Assembly: GCF_009834535.1 (NCBI RefSeq)
Contig: NC_045696.1
Location: 65,288,001-65,352,000, forward strand
DNA: 64,000 bases
From: Camelus ferus
Lineage: Eukaryota
Reading direction: 5' to 3'
In this document: one piece after another, positions 38,211 to 51,077 of the stretch
Numbering within the stretch: position 1 is the first letter of the stretch
Layout of the letters: each line of letters begins with the position of its first letter
The notes under the pieces: generated by a model
What the model saw: only the letters and a program-made list of their open reading frames with translations
Databases searched by the model: none
Told to the model about the DNA's origin: nothing
Program-made: the position numbers and the translations under genes

Positions 38211-39468
38211 AAATCAATGTTTAAAATTTATCTTTAATATAAAAAGAGCACTGCTTCCTTGGAGAATGGAGTAAAAGAGACAAAGTTGAATCCCAGTGTA
38301 GATAAGTTTAGGGAAGTTGGATGGGAAACCAAGGCAATACAAATATGTCTGTTCACGTTCAGACATATTTACATGTGAGTGAAGCTTTTGTTTATGCTGG
38401 CCTGTACACATGTACAAAATTGGATTCGGGGGGAAAATATGTGCAAACTATGGCTGACCTCATTAAAAAAAAAAGAGTGCTCTTACCCATCATATTTATT
38501 AATATAATCTGTAAACTGTATGTAAAGTACTTTCCTGCCACTGCATACATACATGATTTTGGACCAGAATTAAGCAATCCACAATATTGTAACTTATCTT
38601 CTACTTTTTCCCCCTAAGTTTTTATGGAATTGCTTTCCTTAACAAATTAAATCCATGGAATGAAAAATCCAATAGTTTCTGATTTAAAAGCCCTCTCTAG
38701 CACATTAAAATAATATTGGCAGATAACTTTCTTGAGATATTTTCAAGAAGAGTAGAAATGCATTTGTTTTCATATCAAGAAGAATGGTCCTTCAGAGAAG
38801 TCTATTGATCTCATAGAGATTTCAAAAAGAATAATGGCTAACTGAAAATAGCAGTGGGGGTGAGAAATGATACTGCTGTTAACTCCTTAGTCAACATAAG
38901 AAATTAGAGTAGGCAATTAAGGCCAAATAAGCTGATTCTTGCATTCCTGCAGGAGAAACACCCTCTGCAGTACATTCAGAGCTCAGATTGCACCATGGCT
39001 ATTTCTAAAGCTCAGAACCTGGCACAGTGTTTGGCATAGGAACAGAAGAAGGAAAGCATGGGAAAACAGATAGAAGGAAAGAAATTATTTGTACTGAAGA
39101 AGTTAGAATATATAAAATAAGCAATAGTAAAAGAAAAAAAGCATAAGGGGTTGAGTAAACAGAAAAAATTAAGAACAATTGCCTCAACAGACGTAAAATG
39201 GCAAGGTGAGATTACCACTGGCCAAGCCACATTTGGAAATTATATACAGTCTGGATGCCAAAGCACAAATGAGAAGTTGAAAAATTGTGTGAGGAAAGGA
39301 AAGATTTTCCAAAAGATTGAAGAGTCTAGAAACTATGCCATGGAAGTAACAAAGGGAGTTGAGGCAATCATAGTTGTGTGACTAGAAGAGAAGAACAAAA
39401 ACTGTTAGGATGATCATGTGGAAGAATTTGAATTTTTCTTGTGACTTAAGAAGGCTACAACAGACTAG

Positions 39469-39523
39469 TTCCTTTCCCTTCCTTTCCCTTCCCTTCTCTT
39501 CCCTTTCCTTTCCTTTCCTTTTC
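39469..39523 (+). repeat. (CCTTT/CCCTT)n pentamer-like microsatellite
   Basis: Pure pyrimidine tract read directly. Confidence 0.95.
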
Positions 39524-39779
39524 AGGAGACTGCAACTATAGGGGGTTGAGTCAGTTTCACCATTCAGGTTATAGTAACTTTTCATCATTGGTCTTTACAA
39601 TTATTTATCCATTTACTCTTTTTATCTCTGTAACATGACTCACTCTTACTCTATTCTATAGGCAATCATGTTTAATATAAAATATTTCTCTTTGTTAATG
39701 TTAAGTGGTATTATGTACAATCCTGTTATTAAACTTTTTTCAAGCTTTGATTTCTAATAATTATTTGCTATGCTGTGTA

Positions 39780-40150
39780 TATATCTAAACTTTTGTTCTT
39801 CACTGTTGTGTAATACCCCATGGAGGATATCCACCATGCTTTAACTCTGGTCCCTGAATGATAAACACAAAAGTTGCCTCAAATCTCCATCCCCTGTACC
39901 ACCATCATGGATAAAGCCATGAAAAACATTTTTGTACATGTCCCTCTACAGACATGTGTGAGAACTGATTTGGGCTATACACCAAAGATCAGAATTGCAG
40001 TGTCAAAGAGTATGCCTAATTTGCCTAAGTAGTACAGGATTCCTCACCAGAATGGCTACCTAGTCTCTAATCCCGAAGTAGTGGATGAAGGACATTATAC
40101 TCCCAACAATACTGATATTATCCAGTGCTCTAATTTTTATCAGTCTAATA
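39780..40150 (-). mobile_element. Ancient L1ME-like 3' fragment
   Basis: 'ttcactgttgtgtaatacccc', 'aaacatttttgtacatgtccct', 'agaattgcagtgtcaaagagtatg'. Confidence 0.7.
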
Positions 40151-40159
40151 GGGAAAAAT

Positions 40160-42700
40160 GTGAAAAGGAGGACACACTCCTAAAAACATCTCAGATAAAG
40201 ATAATACAAGAAAAGAAAAGCTCAGGCCAATATCTCTGATGAGTACAGAAGCAAAATTTCCCCCCCAAAATTCTAGAAAACTGAATTCAACAAGATATGA
40301 AAAGGATCATACACCATCATGAAGTGAGATTTATTTCAGGGATGCAAAGCAACTGCAACTGCATTTCAGCAACTGCAAATCAATCAATATGATACACCAC
40401 ATTAACAAAATAAGGGATAAAAATCATATGGTCATCTCAATGAATGTAGAAAAAGCATTTGACAAAATTCAACATACTTTCATGTTAAAAACTCTAAACA
40501 AGGATATTGGAAAAACATACCTCAACATAATTAAAGTTGGATATAATAAAGCAAAGGCCAACATCATACTCAATAGTGAAAGAGTAAAAGCTTTCCCTCT
40601 AAGATCAGGAACAAGACAAGAGTCACCATTTTCACCACTCCTAAGCAACACAGTACTAGAAGTCCTAGCCATAGCAATTAGGCAAGAAAAAGAAATTAAA
40701 GATATCCATGTCAGATAGGAAAAAAAGTAAAATTGTTTCTGACTTGCTGATGACATGGTCTTTTACATACACAATCCTAAGACTCCACCAAAAACTTTTA
40801 GAAATAAAAACAGTTTCAGGATACAAAATCAACACACAAAAATTAGCTGCATATCTATACACTAACAATGAACTATTTTAAAAAGAAATTTTAAAAAATC
40901 CCATTTACAATATCATAAAAACAATAAAATACTTTGGAATAAATTTACCAAGGAAGTGAAAGATTATAAGTTAAGAAGTGTAAGGCTTTGATGAAAGAAT
41001 ATGAACAACACACAAATAAATGGAAAGATACCTGTGGTCATGGATCAGAAGAGTTAATATTGTTAAAATTTCCATATTACCCAAAGCTATCTATAGATTC
41101 AATGCAATCCCTTTTAAAATTCCAATGCCATTTTTCACAGAAATAGAAAAAAAAACTATCCTAAATTTTGTTTGAAACCACAAAATACTCTGAATGTCTA
41201 AAGAAAATTTTAGTAAGAACAAAGTTGGAGGCATCACACTTTCTGATTTCAAAGTATATTACAAGGCTATAATAAAAACAGACACAGAAGCCAATGGAAC
41301 AGAATAGAGAGCCCAGAAATAAGCCCATGTATACATATATTCCACTAATATTTGACAAGGCAGCCAAGAACGCTCAGTGGGGAAAGGGTAGTCTCTTCAA
41401 TAAACGGTGTTGGGAAAACTGGATATTCACTCCTAGAAGAAAACATAGGGAAATCCTCCTTGTTATCAGTCTTGGCAATGATTTTCTTGGATATGTAAGG
41501 CACCAAAAGCATAAGCAACAAAAGCAAAAATCAACAAATGAGACTACATCAAACTAAAAAGATTATGCACAGCAAAAGAAACACTCAACAAATGAAAATG
41601 CAACCAACAGAATGGAAGAAAATATTTGCAAAACCATATATCAGACAAGGGGTTAATTTTCAAACTACATAAGGAACTTATACAAGTCAATAGTAAAAAC
41701 ACACAAGAAAAACAATTAAAAATGTGTAGAGGACTTGAATAGACATTCCTCCAAAGAAGACATACAAATAGCCAACAGGTATTAGAAAATGTGTTCAACA
41801 TCACTAATTATCAGAGCAATCAAATCCTCAATGAGATATCACCTCAGACAAGTTAGAATGGCTATTATCAAAATGCCAAGAGATAACAAGTGTTGGTGAG
41901 GATGTAGAGAAGAGGCAACACTGGTACACTGTTGGTGGGAATATACAGTGGTGTAGACACTATGCAAAACAGTAAGATTCCTCAAAAAATTAAAAATATA
42001 ACTATCACATTATCCAACAATCCCAGTTCATGTATTTAGCCAAAGGAAATGAAGTCATTGTCTCAAGGAAATATCTGTACTTCTATGTTCACTGCAGCAG
42101 TATTCACAATAGCCAAGATAGGAAAACAATCTAAGGATCCATCAATGGACAAATGGATAAAGAAAATGTTGTATCTAAACACTGTGGAATATTATTTAGC
42201 CATTAAAAAGAAAGAAATCCTGCCGCTTGTGATATCAGAGATAGACCTTGAGAGCATTACACTAAGTGAAATAAGTCAAACAGAGGAAAACAAATACTGT
42301 ACGATTTCACTTACATGTGGAATCTAAAAATACCAAACTCAGAAATGGAGAGTAGAATGGTGGTTGCCAGGGGTCAAGGGTTAGGGCAATGGGAGATGTT
42401 GCTCAAAGAGTACAAGCATTCAGTTTTAAGATGAATAAGTTCCAGGGATCTAAAGTACAACATGGTGACTATAGTTAATAATACTGTACTGTATACTTGA
42501 AAATTGCAAGGAGAATAGTTTTAATGTTCTCATCATTACAAAAACAGCAAAAAGGTAGTTATGTGAGGTGAAGGATGTGTACTAAACCTATTGTGCCAAA
42601 CATTTTGCAAAACATACGTGTAGCAAATCATGACAATATATACCTTAAAATTACACAGTGTTCTATGTCAGTTGTGTATCAATAAATCCAGGCAAAAAGA
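40160..42700 (+). mobile_element. LINE-1, L1MA9-like, 5'-truncated, decayed ORF2 plus 3' UTR
   Basis: ORF 40389..40718 ([35 protein letters not shown]) is the L1 RT domain; 42049..42327 is the ORF2p C-terminus; 3' UTR 'catggtgactatagttaataatactgt', aataaa. Confidence 0.96.
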
Positions 42701-43339
42701 AAAGGGAATATTTAGCTATATGTGTAATACCTTATTAAAAACGACATTTGAAGTAAATAAGGCAAAATGTTAATAATTGTCAAGTCTAGGGAGGAACTAA
42801 TACACGTCTCTTGCATGTTACTTTCTATATGTGTAAAATGTTTCCACTTTTAAAAATATTTTTTATAAAGAAAAGAGATTGTAAACCATCTGGAATTTGT
42901 TGAAATGTTATGTTTTAGAAATCGAGAGTTATTAAAATGCAATTGCAAGTGTTTAATATGCCCAGCAGTCTTACTGAATTTGTCTGTTGGACTTACTTTT
43001 AAATGTTTCTGTGTTCAGACATCATGAAAGTTACAGCAGAGCCCATGTACATGTGAAGGATTTCAGCTTCCCTAAAATATTCTTTGGGGCATTTAAGAAG
43101 GTTAGGTGCATTAACTAGATCATTAAAAACCCTTAATTAATAGAAACTTTTCCTCAAAAATACGAAGAAAGAGCAATAAGATCCCTCAAGAGGCATCCTG
43201 AGTTTCAGATTAGGAAACAATTAGACATACAATTGAGCACTGCGGAACCAGATGAGCCCTCCACAGTGATGGGAAAAAACCCCTAAATTTTTGCCAGTTC
43301 TAGAAACCTACATACTAGGATCCCTAGAAAGATAGTTTT

Positions 43340-45040
43340 ACCTCCCATCATCCACAGATCTCTAGTCACTGTCAAACATCCAAGTCCTTCATTACCTAAA
43401 TACTTTAATGCATCTATGCTTCAAAGTTAATCACCGTGGCACTACTCTCAGGATTACTTCTCTGACCCAGTTATCCACAGATTTCTTTCCCTTCCTGAAC
43501 ATTTCCACTATATATTTTGAATTAATGATCTATAATCATCGATCGCCCTAATTTCTTTAAACATTCCCCTAATGTCACTATTTTCCATGCAGTTCTTTAA
43601 ATTTAGGGAAGATTATTTCTTTTTAAACTCCTTGTGCCTCAGGATCTAGACAGGAATCAATGCTCTCTTTTCTTTTTTTCTCCTACTTCAAAATTGTTTC
43701 CAAACACTTTTCTCCTTAGCATCTTTAAAGCAAATGCCGTGAGACTTAACCACCTGCTTTTCCCCATGGTCACTCTCCCTTTCTGACCCTCAGGTTACTC
43801 CTCTTCACTGACTGATGGCTTTAGTTTCTGACTGATCATCTTCTTTTCTACCACTACACATAATTTCCAATTTTCAATACTTCTCTCTGTTCCTAAACTT
43901 TCTCATCACCAATAGTTCTTTACAGGCACCTCTGCCACCTAGTCCTGCGGTAACACTTAAAACCTTGGAATCACCAATACATTCACTACTAGAAAAATCT
44001 CAAATTTATACCTTCACCACTGTGATGCATACCTCCCATAGGCTTCATGCATATCAGTATATCATTTTTCAACTTTTTAAAAACTCTGTTTAAATGTAAC
44101 TACTAGTTCCAGGAAAACTGGACATTGATGATGAAAAACATAAAACCAAGTTGACTTGTTTCGTCATAAATTCTTGATGACAAATCTCAGATGAGTCTTC
44201 AACACTGCCTGGTAATTCTAGTACATTTCCCTAAACTTTTTTTCTTTCTTCCCCAAATAACTGTCTTATATCTTCTCTTTCTTCAGATTTCTATTTTGAA
44301 AGAATTGTCTGACTAACACTCAGTTGTTGACTTTGTCATATAGTTTAGCAAAGTACAAGCAATTGGTAAGAGAAATCCCCCATGTTGGTGCAACCAATGT
44401 ATACTACGTTCTCTCTGTTAAGAAGATGAACTGTTCCTGCCCTTATCAAGGGTCCACCCTTTCCCATGGGCTCTAGATCCACTGCCACCACCTCGGTATA
44501 AGCCATGATGATCTCTTGCCTGGACTACTGCAATAGCTTACTAATTGCGTGCCTCCTGCTTCTCCATGTTTTCCTTCCTCTTTCCCCCAAATAACACATT
44601 CACTATCCAGCTGCCAGTATTCTTCTAACATATATAACATATTCTTTAAATACGCATCATCTTCATCACACCTGCTTAAAACTATCCAATGCTTTTCCAT
44701 CACAATTAGTATAGCATACAAAATCCTTATTCTGATTTTAAGACGGAGAGAGAATGAGAGAAGTGGCCTTTGATTACCTGCTGTACTTCATCTTCTCTCA
44801 CTCTCCTCATTCCACTCCTCTCCAGTAATGCTTTCCACGCTGGTTCCTGTCTTAGAATGCTTATATTTGTTATTATCTTTGCCTGGAGTGCTTTTTAATC
44901 CATATTTGTAAAGATGGCTCCTTCTTATTCCTCAGATATTGACTTTAAAAGTCACCTATTCAGAAAGGCCTTTACTGACTATCCCCATTCTAAAGTAACC
45001 CAAGTCTAATTTCCCGTTACTGGATGTATTTTCAATCTCT
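43340..45040 (+). mobile_element. LINE-2 (L2a-like) fragments
   Basis: 'tctcttgcctggactactgcaatagctt', 'cctgcttaaaactatccaatgcttttccat', 'gtcacctattcagaaaggcctttactgact'. Confidence 0.75.
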
Positions 45041-45064
45041 TCGTGGAAAAACCACTCCCTGAAA

Positions 45065-45234
45065 TCTACAGGAAGAAGACAAGGGCAGTAGGTCTATAAC
45101 AGACTGTTGCCTGGTGTGGAATTGCAGACATTGCACAGCCCTCACAAAATACAAGCAAGAAATAAATCTCTCTTTTTTTTAAATAAGAATGAGGTATTGG
45201 GTGGTTTGTTGCCATGGCAAAGCTGACTAATAAC
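45065..45234 (+). mobile_element. MaLR (MLT1) LTR 3' part
   Basis: 'aagaaataaatctc...ggtggtttgttgccatggcaaagctgactaataaca' MLT1-type terminus. Confidence 0.65.
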
Positions 45235-45259
45235 AGATGGTATTAGTACAACTATCATG

Positions 45260-45760
45260 CAAACCACCGGAGTTACTCTTCTTCAGAACTCCTCAAGGAC
45301 TTAACTACAGAGGAGATAATATTTGTATGCACTTTCAAGGAAAGGTTGTTTGCTGCATGGAGAAGTGGAATATAATATTCTAAGCAGAGAGATATTATAT
45401 GCAAAGGTCTGGGGACTGGAAGGTCTGTGAAATGCGAATAGTGAACTGTGAATGGTTCATTGGGACTGGAATGTGCAAGATTGAGGGAACATAATGAAAA
45501 ATGAAGAAAAGGTAAGTTGGACCAGACTGTGAAGGGTCTTAAAAATAATCTGAGATTTATATGTAGGCCAATAAAACAAGCTTTAAATTAGGTCTGGTTT
45601 GTGTGCACCTGGGTACTATAAAGCTTACTTAGGAGGCAGCGTGGAGGGTTCAGTAAACAGTGAAAATATGGGAAGCAGGAGTAAATTTACTGTTGGAATA
45701 CTGGTGAGACATTTAGAGGATCTGGAATAAGATAATCAGGTATTAGTCCATCATAAAGAA
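45260..45760 (-). mobile_element. LINE-2 fragment
   Basis: 'attctaagcagagagatattatatgcaaagg', 'accagactgtgaagggtctt'. Confidence 0.65.
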
Positions 45761-45782
45761 GGCATGTATAAAAATAGATAGC

Positions 45783-45955
45783 TTTTTAAATTGAAGTATA
45801 GTTGACTTACAATGTTGTGTTAATTTCTGGTGTGCAGCATAGTGGTTCATTTACGTGTGTGTGTGTATATATATTCTTTTTCATACAGTTTTTAATTATA
45901 GGCCATTACAAGGTATTGAATATAATTCTGTGTGCTATACAACAGGACCTTATTT
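45783..45955 (-). mobile_element. Cetartiodactyl-type LINE-1 3' end
   Basis: 'attgaagtatagttgacttacaatgttgtgttaatttctggtgtgcagcatagtg...tgtgctatacaacaggacct'. Confidence 0.88.
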
Positions 45956-46790
45956 CTTTTTGTTTTAATCTCAGTGGCTCAAAGACTCTTGAACTTTCCT
46001 ATGTCTTAGGTAGTTAAGGGCATCAAAAACAGGAGAAAAAGCATATACCAACAAAGTGGTAAAAGGAAAGACAAATGTCACTATATTTATTTTACATAAG
46101 GTCTGATTTCTTGCCCAGTCCTCTCTACCTTTTATCTGACCATCTCTTTTTGAGATGTGGCCTTATTTCAGAATGGTAATAGGTATCATAGAAAGTAAAA
46201 ATTAATTCCAGTGAATTTCTCTGTTTATTCTGTTTCTCTCTCATCTATTCACTGTTAGCCTCCAGGAATCTTATGGAACAAGCTGTTTATTAGCTTGTCT
46301 ATCAGTCCCTCACCCACTCATTCACCCTTTGATCATCTCACTTAATATTTCTCATAACGTGAGCTTTTCATTCAATCTCTCAAATCTCTTTCTCCAGCTC
46401 ACATGTCTCTTTTGTCCTTTAGATCCACACACACCACACACGCTCACACACATGCACACACACTTAACTGTCCTTGTATATTTCCAAATACATTTGAACT
46501 TTCAAGGAAAATCTATTAGAGAATGTACAGTGATTATTTGTTAATTTTCATTAGACTGGGATCTAGAAGAAAGTGTGGAAAATAATCTAACACTCACAGG
46601 TGAGGAAATACACTGCTATTGGATTATTTAGGTAAACCGAAGAGTAAACTTTGGCCTCTCTATATTAGTTTTGTTCTTCATAATTTACAAAATATTTCAA
46701 CATCTAATTTGAGCCTCATAAGAATTTCACAGTTCAGGTTAGCTATCTAAAGTCATGGCGACTTTATAAATAAAGACCATATGTTTTTAG

Positions 46791-46966
46791 CAGGGTCAGC
46801 CTCCCTGGGTACACAATCTGTGCAGTTGCACAAGGCACTGTGCTTGGAAGGGTCCTGAGTTTGGCTTAATATTGTTGTTGCTATCTTTAAATTGTTAATA
46901 ATTTTTGAAAGTGGAGTCCTATGTTTTCATTTTGCACCGGGCCTGTAAATTATGTAGACAGTCTTG
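46791..46966 (+). mobile_element. MER91A hAT-Tip100 MITE
   Basis: 'cagggtcagc...ctgtgcagttgcacaagg...ttttcattttgcaccgggcctgtaaattatgtagacagtcttg'. Confidence 0.85.
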
Positions 46967-48004
46967 GATTCAAAAATGAGATATATGCAAGGATACAAAA
47001 AAAACCCAATTGGCAAATTCAAGAAAAGAACATCAAAGTACTTTACTCACATTCCAAGTCCCTTCTCATAACTCACCGCTGACTAGAATCACATAGTGGA
47101 TCGGTCTCTTCTAAGCTAGCTTTTCCAAGTTTTGTAGCTCATGAAGGCTCGTCAACTGGAAGCCTTTCAACATTCATCAAACATTATATAAAAAACAATA
47201 ACAGACTCAACCTTTATTTTCTTATTCATTGAAAACAATATCCTCTCTAACTTTTGCCAAGTGTTTTTGCCTTGGAACAAACCACTAGCCAGAAAAACCA
47301 ATCCTAAGGCATACTCATTCATATGGAAAATGGCTTTGTGCTACTGAAACAGATGGAATTTTTGAGCCTGACTGCTTTGCTCTGAAATAACAGGGCCACT
47401 ACCAAAAAGCAGGGTGCGCAGAGATGTGGAGAACAGTGACCAGGTTACTTTTCTGTAGAAAAAAAGGTAAAGGCATTAAAAGCCCATATCCTTGTATGTT
47501 TGCTCTTCTAAACTCTATCAGAGATTAACTGAAAACTTATATACTGGGTAGATAGGAAGTAAATAATGTTAGTTTGCCTCTAGCTCTTTAAAATATTTAT
47601 TTTAGCAGATGATATGTCAATCCTCCCAAGATGCTTCATTTCACTACAGTAAGAAAAACACTCTTCAGCAATGGATAAGAAAATATATTTGAGAAGATCT
47701 GTTACTTTTCAACAATATTTGAGATGTACAAGGTTTGGACAATGCACATTTTAGCTAAATATACATGCTTTTAGAATATAGGTACAAATTAATCAAAATA
47801 GATAAAAATTAAAGTCCCAAATTATTTTATAATTTTTCACTTAACTCTAGAGCTTAGTTTCTTTTTAATATGTGTAAGTAACTTCAGTACCTTTTAAGAT
47901 CTTCTCACGTTGAAAAAATATCTCAAGGGAAAAAAGGCTAATTTAATTATGTAGCATATGTGGAAGTGTATTTTAATGATTAAACTCACATGTTAAATAC
48001 TATT

Positions 48005-48110
48005 AAAGGTAGGACCTAGGTCTTTTTTTGTTTATTATGTATCTTTGTCATGTAAACCAGTGCTTTGCATAGAGTTTATTCAACGAATATGCACCAGATG
48101 AGTGAATAGG
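48005..48110 (+). mobile_element. LINE-2 3' tail
   Basis: 'aggtaggacc...cagtgctttgcatagag...tcaacgaatatg...gatgagtgaat'. Confidence 0.6.
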
Positions 48111-48351
48111 ATTGAACTGAAAATATGAGGGTCTTAAGAAGTTAAATCAGTTACAATATGACAAAAATTTGTGACACAAATACTCATTCAGATTTGTAAT
48201 ATTTTTGGTCTTTGGAAAGCAAAATTCTGACTAATTATTAATATAAACATAGTAGAACAAATTTTCAATTGTACCAGATCTGATTGAATAAAATTTAATA
48301 CAGATAACTGTTTTAAGCCAGAAAAATACAGCTGTTAACCCATGAGTTGTA

Positions 48352-48376
48352 TGTGTGTGTGTGTGTGTGTGTGTGT
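48352..48376 (+). repeat. (TG)12 microsatellite
   Basis: Read directly. Confidence 0.97.
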
Positions 48377-48404
48377 TAAGCTCATTTCTTAAAAATAATC
48401 AAGA

Positions 48405-48640
48405 GATATTACACAAATATATGACTTCTCTAGAAAAAACCTGAAGATCTTTAATCCTGGATCTGCATTTCTAGACAGATACAATTTACTGAAACTTTAA
48501 TGATGCTGCCCCCAATAAGAGATATGCAACTGTTTTCCATGATCCCCAGCAATCACTGCTGCCTCTCTGACATTTTATCTGAACTTGTGTTTAATTAAGT
48601 TTCTCTGTTTAGCCTCTATATGAACTTCAGTTGGTGATCT
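48405..48640. mobile_element. MER102-like hAT fragment
   Basis: 'gacttctctagaaaaaacctgaagatct...gatgctgcccc'. Confidence 0.45.
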
Positions 48641-49799
48641 TGCTTCAAATGATCTGAAATTTAACTGGCATGCATGTTAACCAAATTTTATTACTAAGTT
48701 CCAATTCTACCCACCAAAACCCTTGGTAGGCAAAGACAAAATTGTATCCCTTGATAATGTGGCAGAATCCAAATGTATTCAACTTCAATATTTTTTCTGT
48801 CACTCCAATGACTTCAAATGCTAAAAAATAGGCATTGTCAAGTACTGACTACTTGTCATTTAAAGGAATCTCTAATGTAGAGAATTATCCCTTTTATAGA
48901 ATAATTCAAATAAAAACACTGAATAGTCAATAGAAACTCTTATCTAAACCAGATAGTATCATACAAAACAGTAGAGCAGATAGACTTCATAAAGCCCAAT
49001 AACTTGACTCCAACAGCTTTAATAAACTTTACCTTGAGATAAGAAGAGTCATATAAATATACAAGTGGAGAAAGCAACTAAATCATAGAAATAATTTTGA
49101 TAAGACCTGAAATAAATCAAATAAATAAAAAGACTGTCAAAAATTTCAGTGCAGCAAAGCAGCTGATGAATGGTCTCTGAATTAGAAAAGATATTAATAA
49201 AAATATCAAAATGTTAGATATACATTGTCCAAGAACAGACAATATGCAATCTATATAAACAATGTGCCAGATGCGGCCTGAAAATGTGCTAGAAGAGGAG
49301 TCCCACTGATAGCCTCATAATAACATAAAAATACCTTCATAGGCATCTGCAGTGTAACCTATTTGAGGATAGGACCTGCTTTCAGGAGCTACCAGGGTCA
49401 CCTAATTCAGCATGCCATTCATTAGGGATCTGTTGCCTAAGTATCATGTAAAGCTTATTTTAAAACATTGCTTCCAAAGGCTTTAGATTTCTAAGTAGGC
49501 AAAGGTCAGCACAAAAGAAGGGCACACCTATCGAGAGTACATGGCAGAGAGACCGTCTCTTCTGCCTAGGATATCGTAGGTCATGAAAGACCAACACTCT
49601 CACTGTGAAGCCAGAAACTGGTGAATAATCAATCAATCACAAGGATATAGTTTTGGAGGATTGGAAAGTTCTAGGAGCAAGGGCGAGATGTGCTAAAGTT
49701 TCACACACAAAAAAAGATCCCTTCTGAGATAAGCAAACCCCAGGTGTTTTCTTCTCTGATCTTATTTTCCGATTCCAGTTAGGGAAGTGCTTTGGATGT

Positions 49800-50051
49800 G
49801 GAAAACATCATTTGTGCTTATCAGCACTTCAAAATAATGACAGTGATTAAACCCACCACTAGATCCTATTAAATCCTAAATACATGTATATGTGTGTGAA
49901 TATATCACTTTATCACAAATGTGCTTTTTAGAATATTTGATAACTGTTTTTCCATATAGTTGGTTTCCTTTTAACATCTTTTTATTTTATGTTACATATT
50001 TAAAATACTATAAAAAGGTATCTAAAACTTCCCCACACTACTAAAATGGCC
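49800..50051. mobile_element. Charlie4a-like hAT fragment
   Basis: 'cccaccactagatcct', 'tatttgataactgtttttccatatagttggtttcctt'. Confidence 0.7.
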
Positions 50052-50385
50052 TGTATTAGTTTTCTATAGATGCTATAATAAATCATCATAAACTTAGTGG
50101 CTAAAAACAACACAAATATATTATCTTAAAGTTGTATAGGTCAGTTTAACAAGGGTCTCACTGGGCTAAAACCAAAGTATTGGCAGGTCTGCATTCCTTT
50201 CTGGTGATTGATTCTGAGGGAGACTCCCTTTCCTTGCATCCTCTAGCTTCTAGAAGACACCCATGTTCCTTGGCTCACAGTCCCCTTCATCCATCTTCAA
50301 TGGATGTTGCAATGCTTTCTCTTTCCAAATTCACAGCTCCCTCTAATTCTGGTCTCAGCCAGAAGATTCTTTGTTTACAAGGTTA
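50052..50385 (-). mobile_element. MaLR LTR, MLT1D-like
   Basis: 'tgtattagttttctatagatgct...aaacttagtggctaaaaacaacacaaa...ggtctcactgggctaaaaccaaag'. Confidence 0.88.
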
Positions 50386-50742
50386 CCTTTAAAATTAAAC
50401 AGTAAAAATATATAACTTTCTTATTCATTTCCTGAAATAAACTTTTAAGCTCATCCATACTATTACATTAATATTTTGTGTCTGGCTTCTTTCACTCAAG
50501 ATTATGTCTAGGAGATTTATTCATACTATTTCATATGAGTAGTTCATTATTTTCCATTGCTCTGGAGACTTTCATTGTATGAATATACCGCAGTGTATTT
50601 ACCTGTTCGACCAGTGATGCATGTTTGTGTTTATCTAATTTGGAGCTACTGTGAATCATGTTGCTATGCGTGAATAATGTTGGTTGAACATAAGCACTTA
50701 CTCCTCTTCAGTTTTGACGTATTTTAAGGTATACATATTTTT

Positions 50743-51077
50743 TGTTTGTCTGTTTTTACATTTTTTTTTATTGAGTAATAGTCATTTTACAATGTTGTAT
50801 CAAATTCTAGTGTAGAGCACAAATTTTCAGTTATACATGAACATATATATATTCATTGTCACATTTTTTTTTCACTGTGAGCTACCACAAGATCTTGTAT
50901 ATATTTCCCTGTGCTATACAGTATAATCTTGTTTATCTATTCTGCATTTTAAAATCCCAGTCTGTCCCTTCCCACCCCCATCCCCCGCCCCCTTGGCAAC
51001 CACAAATTTGTATTCTATGTCTATGAGTCTGCTTCTGTTTTGTATTTATGTTTTTGTTTTTTTTGATTCCTCATAAG
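50743..51077 (-). mobile_element. Young camelid-type LINE-1 3' end with 15-bp TSD
   Basis: 'ttattgagtaatagtcattttacaatgttgtatcaaattc...cactgtgagctaccacaagatc'; TSD ggtatacatattttt at 50728-50742 and 51078-51092. Confidence 0.92.

Noticed and set aside
40389..40718. 109-aa ORF with reverse transcriptase motifs
   Set aside because: Fragment of decayed L1 ORF2 with stops and frameshifts on both sides; not a host gene, retron or novel RT system
42049..42327. 92-aa ORF
   Set aside because: L1 ORF2p C-terminal remnant
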